A stretch of 64,000 bases of DNA from Podarcis tiliguerta (Eukaryota): NCBI GenBank assembly GCA_965153285.1, contig OZ229110.1; one strand, given 5' to 3'. The notes beneath the pieces are model-generated. The model saw only the letters and a list, made by a program, of their open reading frames with translations. It ran no database searches and had not been told where the DNA came from. This document shows, piece after piece, positions 61,301-64,000 of this stretch; position 1 is the first letter of the stretch, and each line of letters opens with the position of its first letter. Position numbers and translations under genes: made by a program.

Positions 61301-63781
61301 CAGTTCAACAGATTACAAGTCCACCGCTCTTAACCATTACACCACACTGGCTCTCTGGATGCTATAGTCTCTCTGGATGCTATAAACTCAAACCAAGTTT
61401 TATTTTAGTGTCACAAAATTATTTCCTTCTGTATTCCCATCTTCTTTTGGTTGATTTGGAAGTACCGTAAGTTCCAATGAGACCTTCTCCCAATTAAGCA
61501 TGCATAGAATTTTGGCCTCATGTACCTACCTGGAAATAATTACTTTTAAATAAGTATGCATAGAATGGGACTGACTGCCAGCTTTAGTTTAGAATTTACA
61601 GTGGTACCTCAGGTTACAGACGCTTCAGGTTACAGACTCCACTAACCCAGAAATATTACCTCGGGTTAAGAACTTTGCTTCAGGATGAGAACAGAAATCG
61701 TGCGGTGGCGGTGCAGCGGCAGCCGGAGGCCCCATTAGCTAAAGTGGTACCTCAGGTTAAGAACAGTTTCAGTTTAAGAACAGACCTCCGGAACAAATTA
61801 AGTTCTTAACCCGAGGTACCACTGTATTTATTTAAATCAGAGATGGGGAACTTTTTTGATCCCACAGGTCAGATTTTGACCTGGCCACACCCTGTGGATC
61901 AATTTTGACATATGGGCAGGACAACCTACCTGTCAATCTCAGGACACTTGTATGATGCCACATGATTGATAGGTGGGTCATCCTGCCCACCTGTCAAAAT
62001 CACTTACACTGGGTTCCGAAGCGCCCAACAGTCAGCTGGGAACTGACTCCAATTCTGCATGCTATCGGCAGTGATAACAGATACAAATAGCATCAAAGGA
62101 ATGACATAAGCACACTTAGCACTAAGTGAGTCAGAAAGCGGTGCAGGGAGGCCAGGGCACTCACTGGTGGGGAAGATCTCATCTGCAGGCTTAATATGGC
62201 CCAAAACACATCTCCAAAATACCCAACCAAGCCATTTCTAATAAATTTCACCCATCCATCAAACGGCATCATGTGACATCTTCTATCAACCATTTTGAAC
62301 TGCCTACCACATGCCACAGCTTTCCTTGGGATCGCCATAAAAATTATGTATTCTACATACAGTTCCCACAACACTAAGAGCAGCAAAGATTACCAACATG
62401 GGGCTGGAATGGTTACAACATTTTGGGTGTTTAAGTGTAGGGAAAACGTAGGGGACACACACACACACACACACACAAGATAAAAGCCTATAAAATTTTG
62501 CATGGTTTGGGGCTATCCAATGAAACTGAATATAGAATGGCCCCAAACCATTTAGGACACAGCACATAGTTAAACTATGAAATTTGTTACCATGAAGTGT
62601 AGCAATGGCCACCAACTTGCATGGCTTTAAGAGGATTAGACAAATACATAGAGGACAAGTTTATCAATGGCTACCAGCAATGATCGCTGTGTTCTACGTC
62701 CACCATCACAGGCAGTAAGCCTCCAATTACCAGTTGATGGGAATCACTCATCCCCAATAATGATAGATATGTAACTGTACCATTCAGACGCATCACATTT
62801 TGTGTCTGGAGTAAATGTTTCTTTCTCCAAAGAAGTTTTATACATCTTCCAAGCATTACATGAAGCATCTAGGTCTCTTTGCTTTGGATCCAAAACATCA
62901 CCTTCAGTGAGACACCTGTAACTGCTTGTAAAGTTAGAAACTCTACGTCTTTTCTGCTCTGGGCAATCATTTTGCATTGCCTTATGTTCAGGTCTGCTGC
63001 TCAGACCAGCTTTCTTGAACCCTTTGAGAAATGGGTTGTAGTCTATTTTCAGTTGTGTCATTTGTATGTTTTGATAGGCAGTCACAGCAAAGAACTCTGT
63101 CTGTGGGAAAATGAAGGTATGGACATCAGGACCATTTAGCTGAATAACCTCTGTGACTCTGTCAGCAAGCACCAAGTGTAGCCGAGGTAGATAGCGGTGC
63201 ATAGAGTGCAGAATGATATGCCCTTCCTGGTCCAAGGTATTGTTAGTAAGTTTGAGTTTGTAGAAGGAGACTGGTTGGTGCATCCAGTAACGGCCAGTAG
63301 AAGGTGATTCGGGGTGAATGAATACTCTTCCCAGCACATGGGGTTCTGCTTTCCCACTGGGCTCCCAACTATGGCCATTCCATTTATAGCGTAAGTTGTC
63401 AACTGGAGAAATATCCATGACCAAGATATACTTCAGCTTGGAGTCTAAGCCTGTTATCCAGTATCGACAGTATGGAAACATCCGCCTTCCCTGCTTAGTC
63501 AGAATCATTTCTGTGCCGCGATAGTAGAACTCATTCCACATATTGTTGTTGTCCAAGGTAACAGTAATGCTTCCTGAGGTGCAATCTGCTGGAAGGCAGG
63601 TCTTCACTTTCGATTTTACTGGTGCTGCAAGGCCATTGTCCTCTTGATTTGAAACGAAGTGTCCTTGGTCAGCTTTTCCAGTGATCTGCGGCTGTTTCAT
63701 GAGAACGTAAAGAGCAGGCACTTTACCCAACGCCTTTCCACCATCCTCATTCCCAAAGGCCATTGGTTGCTTCTTCATCAT
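42132..63781 (-). CDS. MGA copy B, remodelled MGA-like paralog (~2258 aa, spliced)
   Basis: 17 coding exons traced, all GT-AG and phase-compatible, totalling 6777 nt with no internal stop. Retains T-box, AT-hook, degenerate Cys-rich region, bHLH-ZIP and C-terminus. Confidence 0.88.
43709..43973 (+). mobile_element. Squam3-type tRNA-derived SINE
   Basis: TGGTGTAGTGGTTAAGAGC A box (duplicated), GGTTCGCATCC B box and (CTT)n tail; matches the inverted copy at 61112-61355. Confidence 0.88.
44037..44786. mobile_element. Non-autonomous Tc1/mariner-type DNA transposon
   Basis: TIR CCGTATTTTTCGCCCTAT...ATAGGGCGAAAAATACGG, TA on both sides; GC-rich interior with a ~105-bp internal repeat. Confidence 0.9.
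45156..45395 (-). CDS. MGA-B exon 22 homolog
   Basis: GKSQEAILKKLEYIFTKQ...KPLICSK; 240 nt, the same as A. Confidence 0.9.
45720..45831 (-). CDS. MGA-B exon 21 homolog (helix 2/zipper)
   Basis: ATENIQRLRDQADQLTSHKKFLLCKRNTLIRKVSALSG; 112 nt, GT-AG. Confidence 0.91.
46322..46504 (-). CDS. MGA-B exon 20 homolog (bHLH basic region/helix 1)
   Basis: YRPKHTADEQRRRKEMKELFEKLQGALGL; CCACAG|CCG ... CAG|GTACAT. Confidence 0.9.
46930..46978 (-). CDS. MGA-B exon 19 homolog
   Basis: CCTTCTAG|G HLAHDSSNKVMATSPK|GTGAAT; phase 2 to 0; resembles A's NSVHDHSSQKTPK. Confidence 0.75.
47890..48071. mobile_element. Partial pogo/Tigger-like MITE
   Basis: Repeated CGTCTTGCGAAGC subterminal motifs ending in GAGGTACCACTG|TA; left end not evident. 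Confidence 0.65.
48267..48388 (-). CDS. MGA-B exon 18 homolog
   Basis: NGRDSSQGDKKMNTEPEEFKKKSIISHLKTTAAHALLPRQ; TTTCAG|AAT ... TT|GTAAGC (phase 2, as in A). Confidence 0.86.
48722..49141 (-). CDS. MGA-B novel exon derived from the middle of ancestral exon 17
   Basis: 420-nt open phase 0-0 segment FPELKNVPNSTVHHVVSLQ...SLDHTY..., homologous to A ~9460-9800. Donor TTG|GTAAGA; the choice among clustered AG acceptors is uncertain. Confidence 0.7.
49539..50566 (-). CDS. MGA-B fused exon (5' of exon 10 + 3' part of exon 17)
   Basis: Begins SVCSAEPDQAVTDLPLRVKEEGDM (A exon 10: TICGTEPEKPVKNFPLWVKVDGEM) and ends EKTDDSAEE...ETL|GTGAGC (A exon 17 end); phase 1 to 0. Confidence 0.87.
52433..52733 (-). 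CDS. MGA-B exon 9 homolog (degenerate Cys-rich region)
   Basis: PSLKSKP...TCQLGCVCASLA...DCTFDCLKKRVALLK; GT-AG, phase 0 to 1. Confidence 0.88.
53316..53812 (-). mobile_element. CR1-type LINE 3' fragment interrupted by a MITE
   Basis: ATAAGAAGAGCGTGCTG...CCCATCTAGTCCAGC...CAGTGGCCAAC typical of an antisense CR1 3' end; resumes after 53744. Confidence 0.6.
53484..53742. mobile_element. pogo/Tigger-like MITE (same family as 5784-6014, opposite orientation)
   Basis: TA|CAGTCATGCCTCGGGTT...AACCCAAGCATCCACTG|TA. Confidence 0.82.
53859..53972 (-). CDS. MGA-B novel exon 8b (duplicate of exon 8 3' end)
   Basis: AAGCAG|VPVELMELEGRALQNGKPRTCITKERADLSLASLLSPQ|GTAAGT; 114 nt, phase 0-0. Confidence 0.78.
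54646..55280 (-). CDS. MGA-B exon 8 homolog
   Basis: GSILEDSLKNRSAFCSDKLDKYLEREGKLME...DGKPQTCITEEWADLSL; GT-AG. Confidence 0.92.
55455..55553 (-). CDS. MGA-B exon 7 homolog
   Basis: TALSFISKTGKTNDFRKIKGWQGRL; 99 nt. Confidence 0.91.
56624..56755 (-). CDS. MGA-B exon 6 homolog
   Basis: VGLKLVSVDPTLSIDLKYLGVQLPL; 132 nt. Confidence 0.92.
57091..57332. mobile_element. pogo/Tigger-like MITE
   Basis: CAGTCGTACCTTGGT...ACCAAGGTATGACTG|TA termini. Confidence 0.8.
58019..58269. mobile_element. pogo/Tigger-like MITE
   Basis: Perfect TIR CAGTGGTACCTTGGTTTA/TAAACCAAGGTACCACTG with TA on both sides. Confidence 0.9.
58611..58706 (-). CDS. MGA-B exon 5 homolog
   Basis: LETKLLEDLKSFRHRQVIHPSLQE; 96 nt, GT-AG. 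Confidence 0.9.
58881..58971 (-). CDS. MGA-B exon 4 homolog
   Basis: EVLDKHRLDKIGGREGLQNGEASFLTTYDS; 91 nt, phase 0 to 1. Confidence 0.85.
59150..59740 (-). mobile_element. Old CR1-like LINE fragment
   Basis: Decayed antisense CR1 motifs (CAGCCATCACTTCATC...GTATTTCCTTTTGTCTG...TGGTTGCCCTTT). Confidence 0.6.
59922..60825 (-). CDS. MGA-B exon 3 homolog (AT-hook)
   Basis: CPTACERDSRVKSQL...PPKRGRPRK...YEDIDGVLFASFASK|GTAAAT. Confidence 0.91.
61112..61355 (-). mobile_element. Squam3-type SINE, full length
   Basis: Reverse complement of the 43709 element from GAGAGCCAGTGTGG to its tail; possible CTGGATG target-site duplication. Confidence 0.88.
61599..61824. mobile_element. pogo/Tigger-like MITE
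   Basis: TA|CAGTGGTACCTCAGGTTA...TAACCCGAGGTACCACTG|TA. Confidence 0.88.
62545..62748 (+). mobile_element. CR1-like LINE 3' fragment
   Basis: CACAGCACATAGTTAAACTATG...GGATTAGACAAATACATAGAGG resembles a CR1 3' region. Confidence 0.55.
62781..63781 (-). CDS. MGA-B exon 2, coding part (T-box domain)
   Basis: MMKKQPMAFGNEDGG...complete T-box...NPFLKGFKK; donor TG|GTACAG (phase 2, as in A); likely acceptor at 63852. Confidence 0.94.
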
Positions 63782-64000
63782 GTACAGTGTTGTAAATTAT
63801 CATATCAACTCCGAAGTTGCAAGAGTTCTGACAGCCTTTCCCTCATGGCCACCTTGTTAAGAAACAACAAAATACACAATAAATATTTGCAGAGAAAAAG
63901 TAGACTTGAAATAAGAACATAAGTGGAGAAGGAAAGCACATGTGATTTCAGCAGCATGCCCCAACCCATACACATTTAACCATAGTTTAGTTTAACCTAG

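Noticed and set aside
42132-63781. Interpretation of copy B as a pseudogene or uncollapsed haplotype
   Set aside because: Frame and splice phases are intact across 17 exons despite deep divergence, and the introns are unrelated to A's, so it is neither visibly disabled nor allelic. Expression is still unproven.

Overview
Vertebrate genomic DNA, almost certainly from a squamate (probably a lacertid lizard, judged from Sauria-type and Squam3-type SINEs, CR1 fragments and TA-flanked MITEs). It holds two tandem minus-strand copies of MGA (MAX gene-associated protein: T-box, AT-hook, DUF4801 Cys-rich region, bHLH-ZIP). Copy A (CpG-island promoter ~33.7-35.3 kb, ATG 31839, runs off the left edge) is a canonical full-length MGA; I traced 24 coding exons with GT-AG junctions and consistent phases. 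Copy B (ATG 63781, stop 42132; 17 traced coding exons, ~2258 aa, frame intact) is a heavily remodelled paralog. About 1000 aa of the central region is deleted through an exon 10/exon 17 fusion, two new exons arose by partial duplication (one out of ancestral order), and exons 23-24 are absent. Short motifs are reciprocally changed: B has two D-H-x-Y HCF-1-type motifs where A has a broken one, B lost the acidic VDIETV motif, and B doubled the IVNVxSL motif. Despite this divergence, the two T-box sequences are ~97% identical at the nucleotide level, consistent with gene conversion, and the homogenised tract stops at the DNA-contacting C-terminal helix (NPFAKGFRD in A, NPFLKGFKK in B). All exon calls are manual; comparisons to human MGA are from memory and need checking.
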